A stretch of 47,546 nt of DNA from the NCBI GenBank assembly GCA_003136185.1, contig PLDN01000135.1:30653-78198 (forward strand), given 5' to 3'. Shown piece by piece: positions 1 to 10,302 of this stretch. A program made the position numbers and the translations under genes. The notes under the pieces were generated by a model. The model was not told the DNA's origin and ran no database searches. It saw only the letters and a list, made by a program, of their open reading frames with translations. Numbering within the stretch: the first letter of the stretch is position 1; each line of letters starts with the position of its first letter. The stretch is from Acidimicrobiaceae bacterium (lineage in GTDB: Bacteria; Actinomycetota; Acidimicrobiia; Acidimicrobiales; Bog-793).

Positions 1-569
<569 letters not shown>

Positions 570-1193
570 TCATCCGGCTCTCCTCGCGCGCGCTCGGCCG
601 GAACGGTGCTGGCCGAGTTGCGCGAGAGCGCGGTCCTTGAGATCGTCGATGCCCGTTGCAATGGCTGTCGCGAGCAGCCCGACGTCGGGCATGGTCGCAA
701 AATCGCCCGTCACGCAGAACGAGATGCTCCCGTTGCGGACCGCTCCCTGCGCAGTCTCGGGGGCGGAGTGGAGCGCGGCCGCCGGGTGGGTGACAGAGCC
801 GGGGACGTCTCTCGCGATGGCGAGCGTGTCCGACGCGAGCCCGCCCCAGGCGTCGAGCACTTTGAGCGCACCGCGCGGCTGGGACATGATCCGTCCGACC
901 AGTCGGCAGAACGCCGCGTCGTCACCGGGTGCGGGCAGCGCCGTGTGCCGGAGGTGGTAGCCGAGGTCGAAATGCGGGTCGTCGACCCACACCGGCCGGC
1001 CCAGCTCGAACGGCACCGAGCGGATGCGCTGGCGGTACCGCGGGATCACGTGCAGCTTGGACGTGATCAGCGTCTCGAGGTCGCGAAAGGGAGGTGCCGG
1101 GTTGCCTAACACGGCGATCCCAGCGATGTGCATGTGGACGATCCCGCCCTCGAGGTGGAGAAACTCCGCATCGAGGGCATTCAATCGCTCCAC
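570..1193 (-). pseudogene. Wax ester synthase/diacylglycerol acyltransferase (WS/DGAT) with in-frame internal deletions; lacks the catalytic HHxxxDG
   Basis: Typical N-terminus (ERLNALDAEFLHLE..HMHIAG..PRYRQR..GRPVWVDDPHFDLGYHLRHTALPAPG) and C-terminus (NGSISFCVTGD..PDVGLLA), but only 207 aa, about half the usual size. Confidence 0.75.
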
Positions 1194-1258
1194 CCGGGTA
1201 CCTCCCTTCGCGGCGACCTTGTCAAGCCACCTTAAGGCCGGGGCCGTCGCTTGGAACA

Positions 1259-1329
1259 GGGTCCTTTGGCACCAATCCCGGTCTTCGTCGGAGACACCGA
1301 GCCTGTTTCCGAAAGGTGACGTTCGGCCC
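1259..1329. promoter_or_regulatory. Two DosR/DevR-like boxes
   Basis: GGGTC-CTTT-GGCAC (1259-1272) and GTGAC-GTTC-GGCCC (1316-1329); each is one mismatch from the GGGnC-N4-GnCCC core and lies upstream of the WS/DGAT gene. Confidence 0.6.
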
Positions 1330-1350
1330 TGGGCTGGCGTGCACTTGTAC

Positions 1351-2424
1351 TCACGTCCAAGTCTTCAGGACCGGAATCACCTCACTCGCAAACAGTCGTA
1401 GGGATCGCTCGGCCACCTCCGGCGGCATTCCTCCAAACCGGAAGGTGCTGAGGAGGTCGAAGCTGCCGAGGATTGACCGACGCTCGTCCAGACGCTTCAG
1501 CACTTGATCAGGCGTACCGTAAGCGCTGGCAGCCAGCCAGCTCTTCAGAAATCCCTCTAGACCTACCGAGCGAAGCGCCTCCGCCGCCTTGGCATATGAC
1601 TCATAACCCGTAGTCGATTCGAAGTGGGTACCCGTAACCTCGTAGTGCTCCAGGAGGCTCGGCAGGTATTGGCTCAGGTACTTGCTACCGAGCTCCTCGG
1701 CCTCGTTGGGATCTGCCAAACAGACCGTGAAGTCGCCTGTTGCGAGCGGTGGTGGATCTTGTCCGAACTTCAACCGATAGCTCTTCTGGTAGCGCTCGAC
1801 ACCGGGGAGGCGTGCGGACCACGGCCGATCAGCGAACATCGTCAGCCTCGCCCCAAGTCCGGCTGCCGCTTCCACGGACTCGTCACTGGAAGCGACGGCG
1901 TAGAGTCGATCAGAGAACGAGCGTTGTGGCCTCGGTCTGATGGGTGTTTTCGGCTGAGGATAGAAGCGCCCGGATCCCTCGATGCTGCCGGTTCGGAGCG
2001 CTTCGACGATCATCGCCGCCGATTCGTCGAAACGCTCTCGGGATTCGGCCATGTCTACGTCGGGGAAGTGGGCGTACTCTCTTCTCGCGAGCCCCCTGCC
2101 CAGTCCGAGACGTAGGCGGCCACCACACAGCTGATCAAGGACGGCGACGCGCTCCGCGATTTCCAGCGGGTTGTGATAAGGAAGAATGATAGCTGCCGTA
2201 CCAACGTCTATTCCGTTGCATGCTCCGGCAAGATACGACAGGATAACTGTGTTATCGGGACAGATCGAATAGTCGTAAAAGTGGTGCTCCGCTGACCAAA
2301 TGACGTCAAATCCTACGTCGGCGGCTATTTTCGCCAACGCAATCTCTTCCTCATAGACCTGCGCGTCGGAGATACCCTGTGACCATCCGTATGCTGTAAA
2401 GGTCATTTGAATGCCGACGTCCAT
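1351..2424 (-). CDS. LLM-class (luciferase-like) flavin-dependent oxidoreductase
   Basis: GFDVIWSAEHHF, VGTAAIILPYHNPLEIAERVAVLDQL..GRLRLGLGRG, GTPDQV, SLRLFASEVIP. Confidence 0.9.
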   Translation of the reverse strand: MDVGIQMTFTAYGWSQGISDAQVYEEEIALAKIAADVGFDVIWSAEHHFYDYSICPDNTVILSYLAGACNGIDVGTAAIILPYHNPLEIAERVAVLDQLCGGRLRLGLGRGLARREYAHFPDVDMAESRERFDESAAMIVEALRTGSIEGSGRFYPQPKTPIRPRPQRSFSDRLYAVASSDESVEAAAGLGARLTMFADRPWSARLPGVERYQKSYRLKFGQDPPPLATGDFTVCLADPNEAEELGSKYLSQYLPSLLEHYEVTGTHFESTTGYESYAKAAEALRSVGLEGFLKSWLAASAYGTPDQVLKRLDERRSILGSFDLLSTFRFGGMPPEVAERSLRLFASEVIPVLKTWT

Positions 2425-2475
2425 GGCATGCCTTCCTTCCTATCGAGTCGTTGGATGTCTGCCCCGTATGGTGTT

Positions 2476-3210
2476 TCACGTGCGCTCGGCGGGACGCCGA
2501 GCAAAGTGGCTGCCTCCGTCGATCGGCACGACGGTCCCGGTCACATGACTGGCATCATCGCCTACAAGGAAGGCGATCACGCCCGCGACCTCGTCGGCCG
2601 AACCGATTGTTTCCGTGGCCAGGTCTGCTTGCTGGCGGCGCAAGATGCGCGTACGGGGAGTGTCGATGACCCCGGGTGCGACGGCGTTGACGCGAACGTT
2701 GTGAGAGCTGAGCTCTCCAGCCAGGTGGATGGTCAGCCCGACAATCCCGGCCTTCGCCGCGCTGTACCAGTCCGATCCGCCCCCGACCATTGCCGCAATT
2801 GACGCCACGTTTACGATGCTGCCTTGATTCTGGCTCACCATTATCGGGCTGACCAACCTGCATAGCTCCCCGGTCATCCCGAGAGATTGGCTGATCCCGA
2901 CTGTGAAGCTCGCCTGTCCGGCCGGGGAGATCGCAGCCGGGCCGGCATTGTTGACCAGGATGTCTATCCGCTCACATTCCCGCACGATGTGGGCGATGAC
3001 TCTCTGTCGATTGTCCGAGCCGCCAAGGTCGGCGATGAAGGTGTGAACGCGCCCCAACGGTCCGAGCGAGTCAGCCGCTTGAGCGGTTGACTCCTTGTCC
3101 ATGTCGACGATCCAGACGGAGGCACCGGCAAGTATGAGCCTACGGCTCGTCGCATAGCCGATCCCGCTGGCTCCTCCTGTAACGATGGCGATTCGGCCCT
3201 CAAGCTCCAT
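2476..3210 (-). CDS. Short-chain dehydrogenase/reductase
   Basis: TGGASGIG, LVNNAG, IVNVAS, YSAAK, VRVNAVAPG, IDGG. Confidence 0.92.
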   Translation of the reverse strand: MELEGRIAIVTGGASGIGYATSRRLILAGASVWIVDMDKESTAQAADSLGPLGRVHTFIADLGGSDNRQRVIAHIVRECERIDILVNNAGPAAISPAGQASFTVGISQSLGMTGELCRLVSPIMVSQNQGSIVNVASIAAMVGGGSDWYSAAKAGIVGLTIHLAGELSSHNVRVNAVAPGVIDTPRTRILRRQQADLATETIGSADEVAGVIAFLVGDDASHVTGTVVPIDGGSHFARRPAERT

Positions 3211-3288
3211 GGGGCTCCCAAGATTTCAGTTGGTCGCAGCGCCCTGCGGGGTAGATGCGCGGCCCTCGCATGACGCCAGCCGCGCCGA

Positions 3289-4464
3289 TCAGATGACCGG
3301 CGCGGGCATGCCGGGGTCGTAGGGGAGGCCGAGTACGCGCTCGGCGATGAGGTTGCGCTGGACTTCTGCCGTGCCTGCTCCGATGGTCGAGCCTCTCGTC
3401 CGGAGGAATCCCCATGCCCACCGACCGCGCTGCACCGCCAGCCGGTCGCTGCCGCCGATGAGCCCGTTCGGGCCGATGATCTCGATTGCGAGCTCATGGA
3501 GACGCTTCTCGAAGAGGCTGTGCATGAGGCGGGTCACGGAGGACTCGGCCCCTGGATCCTCGCCCTTGAGCACGGCTGAGAGGATGCGCAGGTTGTTCAG
3601 ATGCAAGAGCCGGACCGAGGTCTCCATCTTCGCCAGCTCCTGTCGGATGATGGGGTCGCTCAACCTGCCGAGCTCGCCTGCGAGCTTCTCGAGGTCATCG
3701 AGGATGCGCCGGTACCCCATGTCGCGTGCGGTGTTGGCGGTGGAGCGCTCGAATCCGAGCGCGGTGCGTGCCACCTTCCACCCGTTGTTCTCTGCGCCCA
3801 CGACCTGAGTGACCGGTACCCGGACGTCCTCGAAGAAGACCTCTGAGAATCTGGTGTCTCCGGTCATGTCCTTTAGCGGCCGGATCGTGATGCCGTCGGT
3901 GCGCATGTCGATGATTAGGTAGGTGATGCCGTTGGCGCGGGATTCGTCAGAGCCCGTGCGCACGAGGGCTGCCATGAAGTCGGACGTCATGCTGTGGGAC
4001 GTCCACACCTTCTGGCCGTTCACCATGTACTCGTCGCCGTCCCGCACCGCCTTGGTTCGCAGCGAGGGAAGGTCCGAGCCAGCCTCGGGCTCGGAATAAC
4101 CGAGGCACCAGTCCTCGTCTCCCCGCACGATGGGAGGCAGGTAGCGATCGCGTTGCTCGGCATTCCCGAAGCGAAGGATCGTCGGGCCGACGATGCCGAG
4201 ACCGCCCGGCTGACGCGGGACGCGGGCCTTTGTCATCTCCTCGTGGTAGGCGACCTGCTCGGTGAGGCACAGCTCCATCCCGCCCCACGCCTTCGGCCAG
4301 GACGGGCCCGCGAAGCCCTTGTCGGCGAGCAATCTCGCCCACGCCTTTTGCCATTGCCGGCGCTCTTCTTGGTCCTTCGGGGGCCGCCCCGGGTTGTTCT
4401 CCTCGAGGAACGCCCGCAAGCGGGACCTGAGGTCTTCCGCCTTGTCGTCCAGGGCAAAGTCCAT
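3289..4464 (-). CDS. Acyl-CoA dehydrogenase, alpha/catalytic subunit of the heteromeric FadE26/ChsE4-like type
   Basis: WPKAWGG, WCLGYSEPEAGSDL, NGQKVWTS, FSEVFFEDV, LGFER (catalytic Glu), IGAGTAEVQRNLIAERVLGLP. Confidence 0.92.
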   Translation of the reverse strand: MDFALDDKAEDLRSRLRAFLEENNPGRPPKDQEERRQWQKAWARLLADKGFAGPSWPKAWGGMELCLTEQVAYHEEMTKARVPRQPGGLGIVGPTILRFGNAEQRDRYLPPIVRGDEDWCLGYSEPEAGSDLPSLRTKAVRDGDEYMVNGQKVWTSHSMTSDFMAALVRTGSDESRANGITYLIIDMRTDGITIRPLKDMTGDTRFSEVFFEDVRVPVTQVVGAENNGWKVARTALGFERSTANTARDMGYRRILDDLEKLAGELGRLSDPIIRQELAKMETSVRLLHLNNLRILSAVLKGEDPGAESSVTRLMHSLFEKRLHELAIEIIGPNGLIGGSDRLAVQRGRWAWGFLRTRGSTIGAGTAEVQRNLIAERVLGLPYDPGMPAPVI

Positions 4465-6095
4465 CAGTCACCTCCGTTGCTGGGTGCCAGCGCGCCGAGC
4501 TGGTCGAGTGGGAGCGCTTCCCGCTCTGCCATGGCGGCGACCGCCTTCCGATCGAGCTTGCTGTTCGGCGTGACGGGAAGGTCCTCCAACGAGAACCAGC
4601 GCCGCGGCAGCTTGTAGGCAGCCAATTGCTCGCGTGCCTCAGCGGCGAGCGTTCTCGCCAGCTCTTGCTCGCCACGGGCCGAGAGCATCTCGGGGTCCCA
4701 GATGATGGCGGCGGCAGGGATCTCGCCGAGCCGGTCGTCGGAGACCGCTACGACGACTGCCTCACGCACGAGCGGCGACTTGCGTAGGGCGTCCTCCACC
4801 TCAGCGGGGAAGACATTGAAGCCGCCGACGATGAGCATCTCCTTCGCTCGTCCGGTGATGTAGAGGATTCCGTGCTCGTCAATCCGGCCGAGATCACCGG
4901 TGTGGTACCAGCCCTCGTCGTCGAGCGGGAGCGATGTCTCGCCGTCTGCCGTCACCACGCGCCTCTGGTCCGGGCGGCCGAGGATCTCGCCCGACTCACC
5001 GACGGCGACTTCGCGGCGGGCCTCGTCCACGATCCTCCACACGCTGTCGGACGTGATCCGCCCGACCGAGCCGGGCCCTCGCCGGCCGGCGATCACGTCG
5101 TCGTAGTGCTCGAGGGCGCTCACTCCGCCCTCGGTCGAGCCGTATGCCTGCAGCACCGGCACCCCGTAGCGAGCTTCGAAGGCCTCGCGGGTGGAGACGG
5201 GCAAGGGAGCCGTTCCCGAGTTGACGTACTTGAGCGACCCGAGATTCACCGTCGTCTCGGTGAACGCGAGCATGTGCACCATGGCGGGCGTCAGCTGGAG
5301 CGTGTCGAGCGCATAGGTGTCTGCCAACTTCGCCACGACCTCCACGTCGAACTTGCGGATCATGACGAGCGGCCGCCCGACGAAGAGCCGGAAGACGAGC
5401 CGCCCGAAGCTCGCCGACTGGCCGAACGGGTTGAATGACAGCCCTGGCGGCTTGTCGTCGAGCGCTGTGGCGCGTGGCCGGAAGCCAGCGTGGTTCGAGT
5501 ACGCCTCCGCCGTGCGGCGCGGATTCTGCGCTAGCGGCCCGTGGTTCTTCACGAGAGCCTTCGCGTCGCCTGTCGTGCCTGAGGTGAAGAAGATGCAGGC
5601 AGCATCATCCGGAGTCGGGCGAACGACGGGCCCCGCGCTCGCAGGCGCGTCTTGAGTGTTTGAGCTGGCAGAGCGGTCTCCGACTTCGCTCCCGTCGGCC
5701 GAGACGGTGATCAGCGGCCAGCCCTCGAGCGGGTCGCTTCCCTCGGCGGTGATGACGACGCGCGGGTTGACGAGCTCGAAGCGACGGACTGCTTCGATCG
5801 CGGGAGAGACCGCCCCGCAGAGTGCTGCGACGGCGCCGAGACCCCAGGTCGCGAGCACCGCTACGACCCATGCCGGGTCGTTCCAGAGGTACAGCCCGAC
5901 GACGTCGCCGGGACCCACACCGGACTCGGCCAACCGGGAGCGGAGCCGGTCTGCCAGCTCGGCAATCTCGCCGTAGGTGTAAGCCACGCCGTCCGGTAGG
6001 AGCAAGAAGGGCTTGTCCGCGTCGCGCGCGACACGGATCTCGAACATCTCCGGGACGGTCTCCGGGTCCGCCTCGGTCGTGGTGTCGCTCGTCAA
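4464..6095 (-). CDS. Acyl-CoA ligase (AMP-binding, class I adenylate-forming)
   Basis: FFTSGTTGDAK, QAYGSTE, YHTGDLG, GRAKEML..GGFNVFPAEVE, TPNSKLDRK. Confidence 0.92.
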   Translation of the reverse strand: MTSDTTTEADPETVPEMFEIRVARDADKPFLLLPDGVAYTYGEIAELADRLRSRLAESGVGPGDVVGLYLWNDPAWVVAVLATWGLGAVAALCGAVSPAIEAVRRFELVNPRVVITAEGSDPLEGWPLITVSADGSEVGDRSASSNTQDAPASAGPVVRPTPDDAACIFFTSGTTGDAKALVKNHGPLAQNPRRTAEAYSNHAGFRPRATALDDKPPGLSFNPFGQSASFGRLVFRLFVGRPLVMIRKFDVEVVAKLADTYALDTLQLTPAMVHMLAFTETTVNLGSLKYVNSGTAPLPVSTREAFEARYGVPVLQAYGSTEGGVSALEHYDDVIAGRRGPGSVGRITSDSVWRIVDEARREVAVGESGEILGRPDQRRVVTADGETSLPLDDEGWYHTGDLGRIDEHGILYITGRAKEMLIVGGFNVFPAEVEDALRKSPLVREAVVVAVSDDRLGEIPAAAIIWDPEMLSARGEQELARTLAAEAREQLAAYKLPRRWFSLEDLPVTPNSKLDRKAVAAMAEREALPLDQLGALAPSNGGD

Positions 6096-7330
6096 AACGC
6101 CGTCTCCCCCTTCAATAGGTGGCGCGCGATGTTGCGCCGCATGATCTCGCTGCTCCCGTCAGCCACTCGGATGGCACGTGACTGGTGCCAGCCGTCGTAC
6201 AGGCGGGTCTCGTTCGTGAGACCCATGCCGCCGAGGACCTGCATGCTCCGGTCGAAGACGCGAAAGCACATCTCGGTCGAGTAGGCCTTCAAGATCGCCA
6301 TATCGCGCAGTGGCAGCTCGCCGCGCTCGAGTCGCCTGGCACAGTCGAGGGCCATCGACTTGGTGGCGTAAATGTCCATGGCGGACTCCGCCAGCTGGAA
6401 AGACACGCCCTGGTAGTCAGCAATGGGGTGCCCGAAAGCCTGGCGATCTTTCGAATAGTTGGTCGCCAGCTCGAGCGCCCAGCGCGCCAACCCGACGCAC
6501 CTGCCCGCGTTGTACATGCGGCCGAGGGAGACACCGTTGAGGGCGAGATCGAATCCCCGATGGAGCTCGCCGATCACGCTGTCGGCGGGAACGCGTACGT
6601 CCTTGAACGAGATGATTGCCTCATTGCCGCCGGGATGACCGAAGATCTTGATGATCGAGTCGATCGAGAACCCGGGGGAGTCGGTCGGGACGAGAAAGCA
6701 GCTGATCCCTCCTTTGTGGGTCAGCTTCATCTCTTCATCGGTCACGGCGAAGACGGTGGCGAACGCGGCATAGGGAGAGTTCGAGATCCATTGTTTCGTG
6801 CCGTTCAGGACCCAGCTGTCCCCGTCTTTCACAGCGTTCGTCCGCATCGACCACGCGTCAGACCCAGCATCGGGCTCGGACATTGCGAAGCACGTGGTCG
6901 CCTCACCGCTGACCAGACGCTCGAGTGCTCGCGTACGAAGCGCGGGCGTCATTTGCGTGAAAAGGAAGCTCGGTCCGTTCGTCCAGTGACCCAGCGCCTG
7001 ATACGGGAGGATACGGCCAGGCCCGTAGCGGCGGTACATGAATTCCCAGATCGAGACGTTGGCGATGGGGCCGAGTCCTCCTCCACCGATCTCCGTCGGG
7101 CACAAGATCGCGTAGTAGCCGGCCGCGGCCGACCTCATGCGCACCTGCCGCATGAGGGCTTGGAGCTCCTGGGAGTATCCGCCGGTCGGCCCGTATACCC
7201 ATGCCGGATCCTCGAGATGCTCGCGATGCTGCTCTTCGAGGGGCACGACCTCGCTGTCGATGAAGGCGCCGAGCCCTTGCTGGACTTCGGCCTCGAACGT
7301 GTCGGCGTCGAATGCGATGGTGGTGGTCAC
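6092..7330 (-). CDS. Acyl-CoA dehydrogenase (conventional fold, Asp at the MCAD catalytic position)
   Basis: FAMSEPDAGSD, LNGTKQWISN, RQAFGHPIADYQG, QVLGGMG, RVADGSSEI. Confidence 0.92.
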   Translation of the reverse strand: MTTTIAFDADTFEAEVQQGLGAFIDSEVVPLEEQHREHLEDPAWVYGPTGGYSQELQALMRQVRMRSAAAGYYAILCPTEIGGGGLGPIANVSIWEFMYRRYGPGRILPYQALGHWTNGPSFLFTQMTPALRTRALERLVSGEATTCFAMSEPDAGSDAWSMRTNAVKDGDSWVLNGTKQWISNSPYAAFATVFAVTDEEMKLTHKGGISCFLVPTDSPGFSIDSIIKIFGHPGGNEAIISFKDVRVPADSVIGELHRGFDLALNGVSLGRMYNAGRCVGLARWALELATNYSKDRQAFGHPIADYQGVSFQLAESAMDIYATKSMALDCARRLERGELPLRDMAILKAYSTEMCFRVFDRSMQVLGGMGLTNETRLYDGWHQSRAIRVADGSSEIMRRNIARHLLKGETAF

Positions 7331-7944
7331 GTGCTCGCCTTTCGTCTTTTATTCGTCCTGATCCCGTTCAAGAGCGCCTCGGCGATCGAGTTCGCGAGCT
7401 CCTCAGGTGTCAGCGCTCCGGCCGGGTCGTACCACTTGTAGACCCAGTTGGCGGCGCCGAGCATGGTGTTGACGACGATCTTCGGTGTCGTCGAGATCTG
7501 GAAAGAACCATCGACCACCGCGCTCTTGACAAGCTCGACGAGGGCGTCGGCGTACTCGCGGCGGTGGCGAAGCAAGGTCTCAGCCAAGGCCGCTGGCAGC
7601 TCAGCTTCCTCCTCGAAGAAGATCTGCAGCAGCCTGCGGTTCTCGCAGGTGTAGACGATCCTGTCGACGAGGATCTCTTTCAGGGCCGCTGCCGGCGCGA
7701 GGCCACGGGCGATGATGCCGCGCTCGGCAGCGAGGCTCTCTTTGAGAACGTTGTCGTAACACTCGACGAGCAGATCCTGCTTGCTCCGGATGTAGTGGTA
7801 GAGCGATGACTTCCCCACCCCGACACCTTCCGCCAGGTCGATTATCGACGTGCCGCGGTAACCGCGCTCGCTGAATATGCGGATCGCCACCTCGAGCACC
7901 TGTGCTTTGCGGAGCGCCCCGTTTGATGATTGAACCTTCGCCAT
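7327..7944 (-). CDS. TetR-family regulator (KstR2/PaaR-like C-terminal domain)
   Basis: N-terminal HTH FSERGYRGTSIIDLAEGVGVGKSSLYHYIRSKQDLL; C-terminal LGAANWVYKWYDPAG. Confidence 0.92.
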   Translation of the reverse strand: MAKVQSSNGALRKAQVLEVAIRIFSERGYRGTSIIDLAEGVGVGKSSLYHYIRSKQDLLVECYDNVLKESLAAERGIIARGLAPAAALKEILVDRIVYTCENRRLLQIFFEEEAELPAALAETLLRHRREYADALVELVKSAVVDGSFQISTTPKIVVNTMLGAANWVYKWYDPAGALTPEELANSIAEALLNGIRTNKRRKAST

Positions 7945-7962
7945 CTGATGTCCTCGGTTCCG

Positions 7963-9078
7963 TCAGAGTTGGGCGTGTTGGAGCAGTCGTTCACGGTGAT
8001 AGGCCGAGTCTCCGAACAGCAGTCCGGAGGAAGCAGCCCGTTTGAAGTACAGGTGGGCGTCGTCGTCCCAGGTGAACCCGATACCACCGTGGATCTGGAT
8101 GTTCTCCGCGGCCGCGTGGAAATAAGCGTCTGAACAGTAGGCCTTGGCCATGCTGGCAACCAGGGGCAGGTCGTCGGCGTCCTCGTCTGCAGCCCAGCTC
8201 GCGTAATAGGCAGCCGACTTCGCCGATTCGATCTCGAGCAACACGTCGGCACACTTGTGCTTGATCGCCTGGAAGCTGCCGATCGGGCGCCCGAACTGGT
8301 AACGGTTCTTTGCGTACTCGACGCTCATCTCGAGGCACCGCTGAGCACCGCCGACCTGCTCTGCCGCGAGCGCGACTGCAGCCAGGTCGAGGGTCTGCGT
8401 GAGGACCGGGCCAGCGCCGCCCTCGGTGCCGACGAGACGCGCGGGAGTCGACGAGAATTCGAGGCGTGCCTGACGACGTGTCAGGTCCATGGTCTGGAAC
8501 GGCGACCGGGCGAGACCCTCGGCAGAACCGTCAACGGCGAAAAGCGACAGGCCGTTCTGCGTGCGCGCCACGACGAGTATGAGCGAAGCGGTGCCACCGT
8601 CGAGGACGTACATCTTGTGCCCGTCGAGGTGCCACCGTCCGCCGGACTCGACCGCTTGCATCTCGACCCCGCTGTCGTCCCAGCGGCCGTTGTCCTCGGT
8701 GAAGGCGAGGGTGGCGATCGTTTCGCCCGACGCGATCGAAGGGAGGAGCTCCGCCTTGGCGTCGCCGTCGCCCGAGGCGAGGAGCGCGTTCGCAGCGAGC
8801 ACGACAGTGGCGAAGAACGGCGCGCACACAAGGGCCTTGCCCATCTCCTCCAGCACCACCGTGAGCTCGAGGGAGCCGAAGCCCTGCCCGCCGTACTCCT
8901 CGGGAATCGTCAGGGCCTGCAGGCCGAGTGGGTCGGCGAGCTGCGCCCATAGCTTGGGGTCGTAGCCGTCCTCGGTCTCGATCTGGCGCCGCACCTCGGA
9001 GATGGGGGAGTGCTCGGCGAAGAAACGCCGAATCGTCCGCCGCAGCTCTTCCTGCTCCTCGCTGAAGGCGAAGTCCAT
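7963..9078 (-). CDS. Acyl-CoA dehydrogenase, beta subunit of the heteromeric FadE27/ChsE5-like type
   Basis: MDFAFSEEQ, no SEPxxGSD motif, DLTRRQA, YQFGRPIGSFQAIKHKCAD, IQIHGGIGFTWDDDAHLYFKRA. Confidence 0.92.
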   Translation of the reverse strand: MDFAFSEEQEELRRTIRRFFAEHSPISEVRRQIETEDGYDPKLWAQLADPLGLQALTIPEEYGGQGFGSLELTVVLEEMGKALVCAPFFATVVLAANALLASGDGDAKAELLPSIASGETIATLAFTEDNGRWDDSGVEMQAVESGGRWHLDGHKMYVLDGGTASLILVVARTQNGLSLFAVDGSAEGLARSPFQTMDLTRRQARLEFSSTPARLVGTEGGAGPVLTQTLDLAAVALAAEQVGGAQRCLEMSVEYAKNRYQFGRPIGSFQAIKHKCADVLLEIESAKSAAYYASWAADEDADDLPLVASMAKAYCSDAYFHAAAENIQIHGGIGFTWDDDAHLYFKRAASSGLLFGDSAYHRERLLQHAQL

Positions 9079-9087
9079 GCAGCCTCC

Positions 9088-10302
9088 TCAGAGCTTCTCG
9101 GGCAGGTCGCCGATGCTGGACACTGTCGGCAGCTCTGGCACGACACCGTCGGCACTCGCGAGCAGTACCGTCGCCGTCCCCTGCAAGGTCGTCTCGCCCC
9201 GTTGGTTCACAGCTTCGAGTACCAAGTTGACCTCCGCCGGGACCGACGCCGCGTCGATGCTCTCGACGTGGCCCCGCAGCCACTGGGTGTCTCCGACGTA
9301 GTTGAAGCGGCGGATGCGAGTCGAGAGCCGGCTGATCCAGGCGTCGTCGCCCATCCAGTTCGTGATGAGGTGGCCGGTCCAGTTGGTGCGCATGGCCCCG
9401 TAGTCGTATGCCGCGGGATGGCCGAGCTCCTGCGCGAACTCCGCCTCCCAGTGGCAGCGCTGAGCCACGTCGTACACGTTGAGCGAGTTCTTGGTGTAGA
9501 AGCCCGGAACCCTCTTGCGGTTCTTGTAGGCGAGCTTGAGCGGTCCCGCTCCCATGCCACCCCAGCCGAGCCCGACGTGGTATCCCATGATGTCGCTCAC
9601 GGTGAGAGGGCCCTTCACGATCTCGGGCAGCTCGTCGCCGACCGAGACCTCGTCGATCCTCAGCCGCTCGGCCCCACGCCTGAACTCGTTCTCGTAGGCG
9701 GCGCCGATCGCTTCCATTTCCTCGTCGGAGTACGGGGCGATCTTTATGTCGCGGTACTTGCCCGTCTCGCCAGAGGCCTTGCGGTCGGCGTGGTGGTAAT
9801 CCCGTTCGTTGAGGGCGAAGATCTGCCCGTCGTCGTCGGTGTAGAGGATGCGGTGGGTGAGCACGACGACCCTGCCGCCCGCGAACTCGCTCTCACGGGC
9901 GTCGACGCGGTCGAGGTACTGGCTCTTCCAGAGGCGTATGCCGGGTGTGACCGGGCGGACGAAGGCCCACCGCTCGGAGGTCATGTACTGGCCGACTCCC
10001 CGGAGTGGATCGCCTCCCGCCATCGCCTCGGTCTGCTCGTCGGTCCAGGCGACCTTCCGGCGGTTGCCCGCCGACATGTAGTACAGCGGCGGTGCGAGCG
10101 GTGCCTGCCAGCGGGTGCCCTCGGCGTACTCGGAGTCGGTGAACAGCGGGTTGTCGTCTCCGTACCCGATGGCGAACTGCCGGATGGAGTCGGCAGACGA
10201 CGAGGTGTTGCGCGGCCGCTCCCCCCACTTGACAGGGATACCCCTACGCCGGTTGAGCCGTTCGATCGCCTCATCGGTGATGGTTGCGCTCTCCTCAGCC
10301 AT
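9088..10302 (-). CDS. Double hot-dog (MaoC/FAS1-like) acyl dehydratase, about 404 aa
   Basis: Start reassigned to ATG 10302 (MAEESATIT, overlapping the upstream gene end). SIRQFAIGYGDDNPLF.D.EYA..T....LAPP in domain 1; VGDELP.IVKGPLT, H(W)E..FAQ.LG.P..YDYG.MR, FNYVGDT in domain 2. Confidence 0.8.
   Translation of the reverse strand: MAEESATITDEAIERLNRRRGIPVKWGERPRNTSSSADSIRQFAIGYGDDNPLFTDSEYAEGTRWQAPLAPPLYYMSAGNRRKVAWTDEQTEAMAGGDPLRGVGQYMTSERWAFVRPVTPGIRLWKSQYLDRVDARESEFAGGRVVVLTHRILYTDDDGQIFALNERDYHHADRKASGETGKYRDIKIAPYSDEEMEAIGAAYENEFRRGAERLRIDEVSVGDELPEIVKGPLTVSDIMGYHVGLGWGGMGAGPLKLAYKNRKRVPGFYTKNSLNVYDVAQRCHWEAEFAQELGHPAAYDYGAMRTNWTGHLITNWMGDDAWISRLSTRIRRFNYVGDTQWLRGHVESIDAASVPAEVNLVLEAVNQRGETTLQGTATVLLASADGVVPELPTVSSIGDLPEKL

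Noticed and set aside
1343-1358. ACTTGTAC half-site resembling the operator
   Set aside because: Only one half matches and it overlaps the LLM stop codon.
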